A stretch of DNA of 45,423 bases, from the IMG/VR virus record IMGVR_UViG_3300031578_000093, positions 1 to 45,423 of that record, one strand, 5' to 3'. The DNA comes from a virus. The notes under the pieces were generated by a model, which was not told where the DNA came from, did not search any database, and was given only the letters and a program-made list of their open reading frames with translations. A program made the position numbers and the translations under genes. How positions within the stretch are numbered: position 1 is the first letter of the stretch; every line of letters begins with the position of its first letter. Below are positions 22,736 through 33,038 of the stretch, one piece after another.

Positions 22736-23403
22736 TGTCATTCACTCCTACTGAAGTCTTGAGCATGGCTGCATCGCTAAATAATGATACAGCACAGGAG
22801 AGTCTTACTGATGTAGCCATGCTCCCATATCTTAACATGGCGATGAGTGATCTTCAAGAGTTATTTGAACTTAATAATGTTCCTATAACTAATGAAACTT
22901 CTGCTGCCATAGTAGTTCTTGCTGGTGCTACTACTGTTGTTTTACCTACTGATTTAGTTGAAGTTCAACAATTGTTTGAGAGAGATTCTGGTAGTGATAA
23001 TTCTTTTACTCCAATGGAGCGGAGAGAATTTTTACCAAAAGTTCCTACTCTAACTAATTGGTTAATGTGGTGGCAATGGGTTGGTAATGCTATAAACTTT
23101 GTAGGTGCAAACGCTGATAGAGAAGTTAAGATTGATTATGTTAAGTCTATCTTCACCACGATAGCTATAGGTGATGTAGATGTAGCAATAGCTATTAAGG
23201 GTGCTAAACAGTTTCTTGGTTATAGAACTGCATCACTATGTGCATTGTTCATTGGTGAAAATGAAACTAGAGCTGGTGCCCTTAATGAATTAGCTGTTGA
23301 TGCTCTTGATAGAGCACTTGGTATACCAACTAAAGGTAGACAATCTATTCTTACTAGGAGAAGGCCGTTCCGCGCTTCTTGGAAGAATAGAGGAGTTTCG
23401 TAA
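22735..23403 (+). CDS. Structural-module protein, 222 aa
   Basis: TAATG coupling with the upstream gene. Confidence 0.6.
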   Translation: MSFTPTEVLSMAASLNNDTAQESLTDVAMLPYLNMAMSDLQELFELNNVPITNETSAAIVVLAGATTVVLPTDLVEVQQLFERDSGSDNSFTPMERREFLPKVPTLTNWLMWWQWVGNAINFVGANADREVKIDYVKSIFTTIAIGDVDVAIAIKGAKQFLGYRTASLCALFIGENETRAGALNELAVDALDRALGIPTKGRQSILTRRRPFRASWKNRGVS

Positions 23404-23411
23404 TAAAAGAT

Positions 23412-23490
23412 GGGCTACTCTACTATACTAACTTACATGGTTCGCCCTATCATTGGTTTGATGCTACGTAAGGGATAAGTAGGGTAGCCC
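23412..23490 (+). other. 79-nt intergenic element closed by a 7-bp stem
   Basis: gggctac 23412..23418 pairs with gtagccc 23484..23490; inner ccct/aggg and atca/tgat stems. Confidence 0.4.
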
Positions 23491-23510
23491 TAATTAATTG
23501 GAAGAATCTT

Positions 23511-23690
23511 ATGCCTATTAATGAAACTGAATTAGAAAATTTAAGACATGAGTTATCTACTGGAACTCCATTAAATTTTACTATGTTGGGACGTGTATTT
23601 GGAGAAGAACTTTGGCAGTTACTAGTTATATCTTTATTGGGTGCAGAAATTCATAGCGATAAAATAGAGATTGTAGTTAAAGGTAAATGA
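23511..23690 (+). CDS. Small protein, 59 aa (hand-translated)
   Basis: ATGA overlap with the start of 23687..25204. Confidence 0.45.
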   Translation: MPINETELENLRHELSTGTPLNFTMLGRVFGEELWQLLVISLLGAEIHSDKIEIVVKGK

Positions 23691-25204
23691 GAGATCATAA
23701 ACCAGTTAAGATTGACACATTTAATGGCCTCTACCAGAGAGGTGATGTGGAAGAAGTTCCGCGTGATCATTTCTCTGATTGCGAGAACCTTAAATTTATA
23801 GGAACATCTTCATGTGGTTCTCGTGATGGTCTAGATATACATCAAGATGTGTTAGCTCCATTAGGACAGATTCGCCGTATTTATAACTATGTAACTCAAG
23901 ATGCTAATACTCTTTTGATTCTAAAAACTAATGGTGCAGATGGTGAGATTTATCATGTTGTAGATTCTACTACAGTATATGGTCCACTACTTACTATCGC
24001 AGGTATGACAGATTTTGGTTTCGTGGCAGTTGCAGGTAGGGCTTATATAACACCATTTACAAGTTACGTATTTGGTGATCTTAATATTGAAAAGGGTCTT
24101 GAAGATGAATTCGTTTACGTTTATCTAGGTGATGGTGCTGCTGCTAGAAAAGCTGCTGGTGCCGCGCCTGTTGGTAACGTAATAGCAGCTAATGGTGCTG
24201 CTGGTCATACTGATGTTGGTAAAAAACTATTTGGTGTAGTTTACGAAAGAGATACTGGTCATCTTTCAGCACCATCTGCATTTGTGGAATTTACTACTGC
24301 TGCTGCATTTTCAGTATCATTTACTACAGTTCCGGTATCATTAGATACAGCTGTAGTTAAGAGACATATTGTTAGCACTATTACTTTAGTAGACCCATTC
24401 AATGGAAACTTCGAAGGTTATGAATACTTCTTCATACCTAATGGCACAATAGATGATAACGTAGCGACATCCCTTAGTGATGTTTCATTCTATGATGCTG
24501 ATTTACTTGCAGATGCGTCACACCTTTTTGATAACTATGCTGAAATACCTGCTGGTGTAGGCTTAGCGTTATACCATGATAGGCTGTGTGTTTTCACTTC
24601 TTTTACTGATATATCGCTAATTTTAGTTTCTGCTCCTGGCGAACCCGAAGCAATTAGCCAGATTGATGGGATGCTTGTTTTTCCCCTAGATGGTAATCCT
24701 ATTACAAATGCTAAAGAGCTAAAAGATATTTTCTATGTAATGAAGAGAAATAGGACTGGTGCATATATTGATAATGGTGAAGCCCCCTCAACTTGGCCTT
24801 TTACTATGATTGACCAAGCATTAGGAGCACCAGTTCATGGTATAGCAACTGTGATAGATTCCGGTGCCGCGACTGTTGACTTCTTAATTGTTACTACTTT
24901 TGCCGGTATAGTAATTTTTAATGGTCTTTATCTAAAACCAGAATTATCATGGAAGATACGTGATTACTGGCTGAATTTAGATAGAGATGAATTTAGAAAG
25001 ATTCAAATTGTAAATGATCCTATTGGTCAATTACTCCTTTGTGCTATACCAGATGGTCGTCTATTAATTGGTGACTATAATAATGGGATGACACCAAAAG
25101 ATACTAGATGGGTTCCTTGGCGCTTTGATATTAGTGTTGATACTGTGGCTCTTGTTAACATAAACCAAGTAATCATTGGTTCTATTGGTGGGTTCATGTT
25201 ATGA
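23687..25204 (+). CDS. Large virion (tail-associated?) protein, 505 aa
   Basis: Long ORF in the tail part of the operon; no motif recognised. Confidence 0.6.
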   Translation: MRDHKPVKIDTFNGLYQRGDVEEVPRDHFSDCENLKFIGTSSCGSRDGLDIHQDVLAPLGQIRRIYNYVTQDANTLLILKTNGADGEIYHVVDSTTVYGPLLTIAGMTDFGFVAVAGRAYITPFTSYVFGDLNIEKGLEDEFVYVYLGDGAAARKAAGAAPVGNVIAANGAAGHTDVGKKLFGVVYERDTGHLSAPSAFVEFTTAAAFSVSFTTVPVSLDTAVVKRHIVSTITLVDPFNGNFEGYEYFFIPNGTIDDNVATSLSDVSFYDADLLADASHLFDNYAEIPAGVGLALYHDRLCVFTSFTDISLILVSAPGEPEAISQIDGMLVFPLDGNPITNAKELKDIFYVMKRNRTGAYIDNGEAPSTWPFTMIDQALGAPVHGIATVIDSGAATVDFLIVTTFAGIVIFNGLYLKPELSWKIRDYWLNLDRDEFRKIQIVNDPIGQLLLCAIPDGRLLIGDYNNGMTPKDTRWVPWRFDISVDTVALVNINQVIIGSIGGFML

Positions 25205-25596
25205 CTTTAGTAGTGCCGAACTCTGGTGAAGCTGCACTTCTTACATTAGCACTAGGAGCTAATGTTACACTTAAGCTCTATTCTAATGATAAGACTCCTG
25301 CTGAAACTGATACTGCTGCTAACTATACTGAAGTAGCAGGTGGAGGTTATGTATCTAAAACTTTAAGTTCTGCTAGTTGGAGTATAGTTGCAGGTGCCCC
25401 ATCAGTAGCATCATATACATATCAAGATTTTCAGTTCACTGGTCCTACTAATGCACCAACTACTGTATATGGTTACTTTGTAGTTAATGCTGCTGGTGTT
25501 CTCTTATGGGCTGAAAGATTTGGTGCAGGTGTGTTACCATTTAGTCCAGTATTAGGTTCATTAATTAGAATTACTCCTAAGCTGTCAATGTCATGA
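25201..25596 (+). CDS. Virion-module protein, 131 aa
   Basis: ATGA overlaps at both ends. Confidence 0.6.
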   Translation: MTLVVPNSGEAALLTLALGANVTLKLYSNDKTPAETDTAANYTEVAGGGYVSKTLSSASWSIVAGAPSVASYTYQDFQFTGPTNAPTTVYGYFVVNAAGVLLWAERFGAGVLPFSPVLGSLIRITPKLSMS

Positions 25597-26588
25597 GTCA
25601 GGCTGTTCTTCGCTTAACGAATCTCGCACCAGGAACTTATTCAATTAGGTTCACTGACTTCGTTATAACTGCGTCCGCTGGTAATTATTGGATAAATGCT
25701 ACAACATTAGGTGTATCAACTGTAGCACCAAATGGTAATTATTCAAATGTTGGATTAATTATCGCTGGAACTACAGTTTCAGTTGATGCGGGTAATAGTA
25801 GTTTATCTTGTTGGTCTTATATTGACGTAGCTGCAAGTGGAGTAACTTATACAGTTTATGATGATAGTAATCCTAATCCTAGTGGTGGTGGAACTTATAT
25901 TAATGGTTTTTGGGCTGGTGGTTTCTCTCTTCTCTTAGCAGAAGTTGGGACTGATGTATTTGAAGATGTAGTTCTTGTTCTTAATATTGATGATGGTGGT
26001 GATGAACTATTCCCCGGTGCTGCACCATCTGTCCCTGACACTTTAGATGGTGATTCTACTGATCCCGATAATGTAGATTTAACTTGGAACGCTGATGCTG
26101 ATGCTTGGACTAATATCGAAATGTCCATTAGTGCAGATATTGGCTGGACTCCTTGGGCTTCGGTATTTGTAGCGCCACCTACCATACAGGCAGCAACTAT
26201 TGGTAATGTTGAAGATACTATATTAAATGCAATTGAAGAAGAAGTATTAGAATCTCAAGTGAGTTATGACGTATACTTTAGAGCAAAGAGCTTTCTGTTA
26301 GGAGTATCAGATTATAGTGCTGAATGGTCTTTTGTTTATTCATTTTCAGAGCCGCCTGTGCCACCTACACCAGATATAGATATTACTCCTGATGATGGTC
26401 CTGGTGGTGGATTAGGTTGGCTAGATGCTGGTGGAGCAGCACTAATAGTATTTATGATAGACCCATCAGGCATCTATACAATAGTTCCAGGTAGGCACTA
26501 TGATACTATTTATGAAAGATTAGATGTTGATACTAGAGATGTAGCTATTCCAGAGCCATATGGCATAACTGGTTACTTAGGTGAATAA
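25593..26588 (+). CDS. Virion-module protein, 331 aa (acidic Asp/Pro-rich central region)
   Basis: Translationally coupled ORF. Confidence 0.6.
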   Translation: MSQAVLRLTNLAPGTYSIRFTDFVITASAGNYWINATTLGVSTVAPNGNYSNVGLIIAGTTVSVDAGNSSLSCWSYIDVAASGVTYTVYDDSNPNPSGGGTYINGFWAGGFSLLLAEVGTDVFEDVVLVLNIDDGGDELFPGAAPSVPDTLDGDSTDPDNVDLTWNADADAWTNIEMSISADIGWTPWASVFVAPPTIQAATIGNVEDTILNAIEEEVLESQVSYDVYFRAKSFLLGVSDYSAEWSFVYSFSEPPVPPTPDIDITPDDGPGGGLGWLDAGGAALIVFMIDPSGIYTIVPGRHYDTIYERLDVDTRDVAIPEPYGITGYLGE

Positions 26589-26869
26589 TGCCAATAGCTG
26601 AATATATTAATCATTTTGGTATAGTTAGAGTTAGAGTTACTGGCCTTGGTAACTTTAAGATGACTCTCTATTCTCTTGATGATGTTCGGTCATTAGACTT
26701 ACAAGATACAGTTCTTGAAGTTACTACTGATAGACAACCGACGCGGCTCTGTAACTTTAAGAGTATGAATGCGCGTCTTAAGTTTTCTGTTACTGAGATT
26801 GATGAATACTTTGAACTAGATGGTATGTTAATCTATGTTAAACCTACTGAAACTTCTTATCCACAGTAA
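26588..26869 (+). CDS. Virion-module protein, 93 aa
   Basis: TAATG coupling at both ends. Confidence 0.6.
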   Translation: MPIAEYINHFGIVRVRVTGLGNFKMTLYSLDDVRSLDLQDTVLEVTTDRQPTRLCNFKSMNARLKFSVTEIDEYFELDGMLIYVKPTETSYPQ

Positions 26870-27117
26870 TGGCTAAGATAACTCAGCTTAAGGCTCTTCT
26901 TCTTGGGACGGGATTACAGAGAACTAATATTGCTCTGTTCAATGTAATAAATAGACTTATAGATTCAATTAATTCTGTAGATCAAACTTTAACTAGAATT
27001 TCATCCACTGAATCAGTAGGTGCAGGTGAATGGTCAGTTTTAACAGATGGTGATCCTACTGCACCTGTTCTTATTTTTGCAGATGGCGATGTTATAATGA
27101 CTCATATTTTAGGATAA
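26869..27117 (+). CDS. Virion-module protein, 82 aa
   Basis: TAATG coupling upstream. Confidence 0.55.
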   Translation: MAKITQLKALLLGTGLQRTNIALFNVINRLIDSINSVDQTLTRISSTESVGAGEWSVLTDGDPTAPVLIFADGDVIMTHILG

Positions 27118-27122
27118 TTACA

Positions 27123-28004
27123 ATGCAATTAAGTGCTGTAATTTTAAGAAGTACTCGCGCTCTTCAACCGGCAGCTAATACAGTTCCGGTTGGAACATTA
27201 TACTTTGTAACTGATGAAAGTATTATTGAAAGAAGTACTGGAGCAGCATGGGAAAGTTATTCTGGTGCAGCTGGTGCTTTAGGAATAAATCAATTAACTG
27301 GTGATGTTACTGCTGGTCCTGGTGTCGGTTCACAAGCTGCTACTATAGCTGCCGGTGCTGTTGACTATGCTATGATACAAAATGTTTCTGCTACTGCTCG
27401 TGCTCTTGGCAGAAAAACAGCAGGTGCAGGTGTAGTAGAAGAATTAACTCTTTCTGAATTTTTAGATTTTATAACATCAGCTGCGCAGGGTGATATACTA
27501 TTTCGTGGTGCTACCCTATGGGAAAGATTAGGTGCAGGAACTAGTGGACATTTTCTTAAAACTCAAGGCGCTGCTGCTGACCCTGTATGGGCCGCAACTG
27601 CTGCTGCATCCAATGTTTTTGTAGCTGATTTAGAATTAAGTGATGCTCAGATTAAGTCACTTAATAGTGTTCCAATTACAATTATTGCTGCACAGGGTGC
27701 AAACCAATATATACATATTATTTCTTGCTTTACCATAAAAGATTCTGCCGCTGGTGCTTATAATACCGCATCTAATTTTTCATTAAGATACAGTGGTGGT
27801 GGAGTTGACCTTACTACACCTGTAAGTTTGTATCAGGGCTCTGCTAATAAAAGATGGCAGAATTCTGCTATACCAACTGCTGGGAATACTTCTGATGAGT
27901 CTAACACAGCTGTTGTAGCTTATCAGGCAGCCGATATAACTGGTGGAAACGCTGCTAATTATTTACGGATTAGAGCTGTTTATTCTGTTGTGGATGATGC
28001 TTAG
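27123..28004 (+). CDS. Putative tail-fibre-like protein, 293 aa
   Basis: Ala/Gly/Thr-rich composition; position late in the tail module. The call is tentative. Confidence 0.5.
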   Translation: MQLSAVILRSTRALQPAANTVPVGTLYFVTDESIIERSTGAAWESYSGAAGALGINQLTGDVTAGPGVGSQAATIAAGAVDYAMIQNVSATARALGRKTAGAGVVEELTLSEFLDFITSAAQGDILFRGATLWERLGAGTSGHFLKTQGAAADPVWAATAAASNVFVADLELSDAQIKSLNSVPITIIAAQGANQYIHIISCFTIKDSAAGAYNTASNFSLRYSGGGVDLTTPVSLYQGSANKRWQNSAIPTAGNTSDESNTAVVAYQAADITGGNAANYLRIRAVYSVVDDA

Positions 28005-28013
28005 GAGAATCTA

Positions 28014-29057
28014 ATGGCAGGCTTAGCATTATGGCGTCCGTCTGGTGGTTCTGAAGGGCCAGCTAGTAGTCAGCCACCTACTAAGAATAAGGGACCAATA
28101 ACACCAGCTAAAGCATATTCTGAATCTGTACCACAGCAGACTAATGATTACTCTGATATGATGAGTAGATTTAGGTCTGCACTAGACCAGCCTAGTGGTA
28201 TGTCATCACTAATGCAGAACTATCAGAATCTTCTTAATAAGACGCAGCAGCCACTTACTGATTTTGGGCAAGAAAAAACTGCATATCAAGATATTCTAGG
28301 TAGAGACCCGTTTACTCCAGAGGACCAGGCTTATGAACGTGGTCCTGAAATGACTGGAGCAATGGGTAATCTTTCTGAACTAGCTAAAACTGGTGGTTAT
28401 GATGAAGAAGCTATAGCTGATTTAAGAGCTAGAGGAACATCACCAATTCGTTCTGTCTATGCTAACGCAATGCGAGAACTTGAACGTAGCAAAGCATTAC
28501 AAGGTGGTTATGCTCCTGGTGCAGGAGCCGCAACTGCTAAGATGGCAAGAGAACAGGCTGGACTATTAAGTGGCGCTACTACTGATATTAATGCTGGTAT
28601 AGCTGAAAGACAAGCTGCTGGTAGATTATCTGCTGCACCACAATATACTGCGGCTGCTGGTCAGGAAACTAACTTAATGAATGAGATTGCACGTCGTAAT
28701 CTTGAATCTAAAACTGGAGCAGAATCATTTAATCTCCAGCGAGAATTAGCTGCGCTTCAGGGATTAACTGGTATAAAGGGAACTGAAGCTGAACTTGGGA
28801 AGAGTAATACAGCAGAACAGTTAGCAGCACTTAGTGGTATGACTAATCTTGAACAATTAGGTGCTGGTAAAGAATCTGACTTACTTAGAGGTATGACTTC
28901 CCTTTATGGAACTTCACCAGCATTAGTTAGCACTTTTGGTAATCAGGTATCGGATGCTGCACAGCTTGATGCTACTAATAGAGCTAGAGGATTAACTATA
29001 CCACGTAGAACTGGTGGATTAGCTTTAAGTGGTAGTAATGCCTATGGTTGGAGATAA
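28014..29057 (+). CDS. Ala/Gly/Gln-rich virion protein, 347 aa (internal or ejection protein candidate)
   Basis: First of three consecutive large genes that end the operon. Confidence 0.5.
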   Translation: MAGLALWRPSGGSEGPASSQPPTKNKGPITPAKAYSESVPQQTNDYSDMMSRFRSALDQPSGMSSLMQNYQNLLNKTQQPLTDFGQEKTAYQDILGRDPFTPEDQAYERGPEMTGAMGNLSELAKTGGYDEEAIADLRARGTSPIRSVYANAMRELERSKALQGGYAPGAGAATAKMAREQAGLLSGATTDINAGIAERQAAGRLSAAPQYTAAAGQETNLMNEIARRNLESKTGAESFNLQRELAALQGLTGIKGTEAELGKSNTAEQLAALSGMTNLEQLGAGKESDLLRGMTSLYGTSPALVSTFGNQVSDAAQLDATNRARGLTIPRRTGGLALSGSNAYGWR

Positions 29058-30070
29058 TGATGCCTACATTAGCCGAACGTATGAGAATGTCTCGGGTAAG
29101 TTCACCATATGAAGCATTAGGTATACAAGAACCTCGTGGTGGATTTGATTCTAGTACTCTAGCTGCATTAAGAGAAGAGCGTAATCTTCGTAAGAGAAGG
29201 GCTGATATAGAGGATCAAGCACTCCTTATGCAGATTAATCAGCAAGGGAATCAGTTTGTTGAACAGCGTGATATAGGGCAGATTGCAAAACGACCGAATA
29301 CTGTTTATAATCCCTCTGTTAGTGAGCAGATAGGTCAGAAGAGAGTGGCTGATATTGTTCATGCTGACCCTGAAATTGCAATGCAGAGAGATTTATTAAA
29401 AGAACGTCAGGGCATGGCAATGATGGGAATGGAACAGAAGCAACAGGATATTGATATTAGAAAACAGCGTGCAGATGTTTATAAATTTAGAGCTGAACAC
29501 CCTGGGGCTAAATTTGAACGGGGTGATGATGGTATTCTTCGTGCTATGGACCCTATCACTCAGCAGGTTACTGAATTGGGCCGAACAGGTATGAGCGATG
29601 AAGAAGTTATTAACCTAAATCAAGAGAATGCATTAGGTAGAATTAGTACTACTGGTGAAGAGGCTAGAAAAACAGTTGGTGCTCGCGGTGAAGAAGAGAG
29701 AAAAAATATAACAGCTAGGGGTGAAGAGACTAGAATAACTCAAAGAGAAAAACCATTACCAGCAGAAATTCCATCAAGAGATTTAGATAAATTCCAAGTG
29801 AACTATAATGTCTTGATAAATCGTAATCCAGAGTATCGCAAGTTTATTAAACTTAATTCTGAAGGTATACCCCAAATTACGCAACCTGGTGAGAACTTCT
29901 TTGGTTTTGCTAGTGGACCTACGCAGAAGCAGTATGATGAAATATATAAATTCATATTTGGTTCTGCTCCTACTAGTGGTGGTGTTAGTGATGAAGGTTC
30001 TCCATTAGCAGACGCGGCGCAGAAGGCTGCCAAACTTATTCAGAAGTATACTAAACCTGGCGGTAAGTAA
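29057..30070 (+). CDS. Charged helical virion protein, 337 aa from ATG 29057 (the track start 29048 is TTG)
   Basis: TAATG coupling with the upstream stop. Confidence 0.55.
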   Translation: MMPTLAERMRMSRVSSPYEALGIQEPRGGFDSSTLAALREERNLRKRRADIEDQALLMQINQQGNQFVEQRDIGQIAKRPNTVYNPSVSEQIGQKRVADIVHADPEIAMQRDLLKERQGMAMMGMEQKQQDIDIRKQRADVYKFRAEHPGAKFERGDDGILRAMDPITQQVTELGRTGMSDEEVINLNQENALGRISTTGEEARKTVGARGEEERKNITARGEETRITQREKPLPAEIPSRDLDKFQVNYNVLINRNPEYRKFIKLNSEGIPQITQPGENFFGFASGPTQKQYDEIYKFIFGSAPTSGGVSDEGSPLADAAQKAAKLIQKYTKPGGK

Positions 30071-32463
30071 TGCCACAACAGGACTTACAGAGTATAGTTC
30101 AGCGAATGGTTGAAGCTGGTGAGAGTGAAGATAATATAGCTCTCGTTATTCAACATTATAAGACATCTGCTGTTGAACCAAAGATACCAGAACTCAATGT
30201 TGAAAGACATCCACCTATTGAAGAACCAGAAAGGCCATCAATTAAGTCAACATGGCAGGAGAGATTACTTAGCCCTAGAAAATCTTTCATGAGAGATGTT
30301 GAATCTTTCATTCCAAGTATTACTCCACAAATGATAGGTGAAAAGCCTGGAGTATTAAATCCTAATCCAGAAGAGAATCCATTATTATTGAAATCTGTTC
30401 TGCCTGATACTGAAGCATCTTCTGGTGAGGGAAGAGGATTACCGCGTCGAATCTTAGAAGGTTTACGTCATCAATTATATAAGAATGTTTTGCAACCTAC
30501 AGCATCACCATTAGGTGTACTTGGAACAGTTCTCGGTAGTGGCCCTGCTGAACATCCAACACTAGGTAGGACTATTGGAATGGAAGGTTTCAATATGCCT
30601 TTCACTCCTAAGAGATTAGCTCTGCCAGAACCTAGATTTAGATTTGAAGCAGGTCCAACGGGTATTAGAGATATGACTACTGTTGGGGAAAAAGTTATCT
30701 CTAAACCAACAGCAGGTGGAGTAAAATCTAATATTAGAATTCGTGCTAATCCTAATGGAACTTTTACTAACATAGCTACTGGTGAGATTTTAGATAAAGC
30801 TGGGAAACCAATTATTCCAGAGAATTTGTTTGCTAAGAAATTAACAGAGTTAAGAGTTCTAAATAAAGGTCAAGCAGCAATTTATGCTAGAGAACGTGCT
30901 GAAAAATTTGCTAAAGCCAGAGGAGTTGATATTACAGATGAGGAATCCTCTCGTAAATTTATGAGGCAGTTAAGTGGTGAACATACTAAAATTGAAATTG
31001 AACCCCTACAAATGGATGAAAGTAAAATAAATAATTTGTATAAGACTATAGGAGAACATGCTAAGAATAATCCTAACATAGATATTCCAAAAGCTGCACA
31101 GGCTGTAGATGCAATTAATAGACTAAAAGCCGGAAGAGTTCCTGTTGATAGCCAGATTAATGTATTAGCTGAAATATTTGGAGAAGAAGTCGGCACAGTT
31201 CTCAAAGGGAAACAACCAGTTAATAAGTTAAGTGCCTTACGTGAAGTCTATGATCTTCCCCGATCATTGATGACAGTTGATCCCCCATTTATAACATCAG
31301 CTGCATTTAGGCAGGGACTACCATTAATAGGTACTAAGGAATGGTTTAGTGCTTTCTATAAATCTACTAAGGCATTCGGTAGTAAAAATGCACTTAAATC
31401 TATACTTAACAAGATAGATTCTGATCCTCTTTTTACAAAAACTATTAACCCTACTACTGGAAAATATATACCATCTTACGCCGAACAATCTGGACTTAGA
31501 ATACCACGTATGGATAGTAAAATTGGACCTAGAGAAGAAATGATTAGAGGAGCATTAGCCGAGAGAACGCCAGTTTATGGTAAGTATGTTCAAGGTAGTA
31601 ATAGAGGGTATACAGGTTTCTTAGCTGATTTACGTTATTCTCGTTTTAAAATGCTATATAATCTTGCTAAATCACAAGGATTAAATCCAGAGACTAATTT
31701 AGTTCTTGGTAAAGAAATTGCAGAAGCAGTTAATTCCTTAACAGGTTCAGGCAGACTTAGTGTAGAAATTGGCTCGCATCAGCTTAATCTGGAGAAAAAT
31801 GTTAAATTACTTACTGATGTCTTATTCGCACCGCGCCTTTATGCTCGTAATATTAGAATGTTGAATCCCACTACTTATGCAAAAGCTAGTCCTTTTGTTA
31901 GACAGGAATGGATTAAAGGATCATTACGATCTGTTGTGGGTTGGTGGAGCATTGCAGAATTAGCAGAACTAGCTGGAGCAGAAGTTTCTAAAGATCCTAG
32001 TAACGCAGACTTTGGTAAAATTAAAATTGGTAATACTAGAGTTGATCCTGCTGGTGGATTACAACAGTATTTAGTTTTAGGTTATAGAGAAACTATTGGA
32101 GGGGGTTATACTAGTTCAGCATCTGGTAAGTTCCATAAGTTTGGAGAAGGTTATAAACCTGAAACTAGATGGTCAACTGCTGTTAATTTTGCTACCAACA
32201 GATTAAATCCCAGTATAAAACTCTTCGTAGATTTAATGGCAGCTAATGAACAGCGGCCTGTTTATTTACCAGATAAGTTTATAGAGATGTTAGCACCCAT
32301 GATTAGTGGGGACTTAATGCAAGTAATAGAGGATGATCCCTCATTAGCACCAGTAATAATTGGATTTGGTGGCGCTGGTATGGGCGTTCAAACATATGAA
32401 GGTGGTCCACAAGGACCAAAGTTTATACCTGAAAAATATAATATTAAGATTGGTGGTCGTTAA
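30070..32463 (+). CDS. Largest virion protein, 797 aa (internal or ejection protein candidate)
   Basis: TAATG coupling; last gene of the rightward operon. No tape-measure-like or lytic motif recognised. Confidence 0.55.
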   Translation: MPQQDLQSIVQRMVEAGESEDNIALVIQHYKTSAVEPKIPELNVERHPPIEEPERPSIKSTWQERLLSPRKSFMRDVESFIPSITPQMIGEKPGVLNPNPEENPLLLKSVLPDTEASSGEGRGLPRRILEGLRHQLYKNVLQPTASPLGVLGTVLGSGPAEHPTLGRTIGMEGFNMPFTPKRLALPEPRFRFEAGPTGIRDMTTVGEKVISKPTAGGVKSNIRIRANPNGTFTNIATGEILDKAGKPIIPENLFAKKLTELRVLNKGQAAIYARERAEKFAKARGVDITDEESSRKFMRQLSGEHTKIEIEPLQMDESKINNLYKTIGEHAKNNPNIDIPKAAQAVDAINRLKAGRVPVDSQINVLAEIFGEEVGTVLKGKQPVNKLSALREVYDLPRSLMTVDPPFITSAAFRQGLPLIGTKEWFSAFYKSTKAFGSKNALKSILNKIDSDPLFTKTINPTTGKYIPSYAEQSGLRIPRMDSKIGPREEMIRGALAERTPVYGKYVQGSNRGYTGFLADLRYSRFKMLYNLAKSQGLNPETNLVLGKEIAEAVNSLTGSGRLSVEIGSHQLNLEKNVKLLTDVLFAPRLYARNIRMLNPTTYAKASPFVRQEWIKGSLRSVVGWWSIAELAELAGAEVSKDPSNADFGKIKIGNTRVDPAGGLQQYLVLGYRETIGGGYTSSASGKFHKFGEGYKPETRWSTAVNFATNRLNPSIKLFVDLMAANEQRPVYLPDKFIEMLAPMISGDLMQVIEDDPSLAPVIIGFGGAGMGVQTYEGGPQGPKFIPEKYNIKIGGR

Positions 32464-32595
32464 TACGTGAGTCAGTTCTAACTGTGCGAAGGACTTGCTC
32501 ATATTTATACATAAGTCTAATGATTGAATTTTTATAGTCCATTATCACATAGAGCGTAGTGATTTGGATAAAGATTATAACTAGTAATAGAATAA

Positions 32596-33036
32596 TCATT
32601 TCTTCACCACTCCAGTCGCCCAAATCAAAAGATAGTTAGCTCCGTCAGTAAAAGTATCTTCAACACTTTCGTTATTTGGCGCCTGATTATTTGATAAGAG
32701 ATTAGCTAATCTTGCTAACTTTATTCCTAACAAAGTAGCATAAGTTTTATCCCTTTCATTAGTGAACCATGATGCTATAATAGTTGCTCTCTTAAAGTTC
32801 TCTAGTGGATCTTCTCCTGCATAGTCTTTTCTTTTAGAGTCGTGAATGGTGCGCATCTGCTCTAGGAGCTGATTGAACTTATCTGTTTTCTTTAACTCTT
32901 CTTTTTCGTTTACAATTACGTTCTTTAATTTTTCAGGGTGCCATCTTCCGTCACCACATTTTGGACATCTAATATTAGTTGGATTCTCATAAATTGCATC
33001 ACAGCCTTCACATCGAGCAAAAAAAGTAACAGTCAT
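32596..33036 (-). CDS. DUF1599-like protein with N-terminal zinc ribbon, 146 aa
   Basis: CEGC...CPKC, then KRKDYAG...LGIKLARLANLL...DGANYLLI, which resembles the DUF1599 pattern (by eye). Confidence 0.5.
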   Translation of the reverse strand: MTVTFFARCEGCDAIYENPTNIRCPKCGDGRWHPEKLKNVIVNEKEELKKTDKFNQLLEQMRTIHDSKRKDYAGEDPLENFKRATIIASWFTNERDKTYATLLGIKLARLANLLSNNQAPNNESVEDTFTDGANYLLIWATGVVKK

Positions 33037-33038
33037 AA

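Noticed and set aside
23412-23490. Third tRNA or tRNA-like gene
   Set aside because: It has a 7-bp closing stem. However, neither strand gives a T arm, an anticodon arm or conserved GG/TTC elements in the right positions.
32464-32595. Bidirectional terminator between the convergent arms
   Set aside because: Only short imperfect stems (e.g. atcac...gtgat) without flanking T-runs are present. No convincing intrinsic terminator could be folded by eye.
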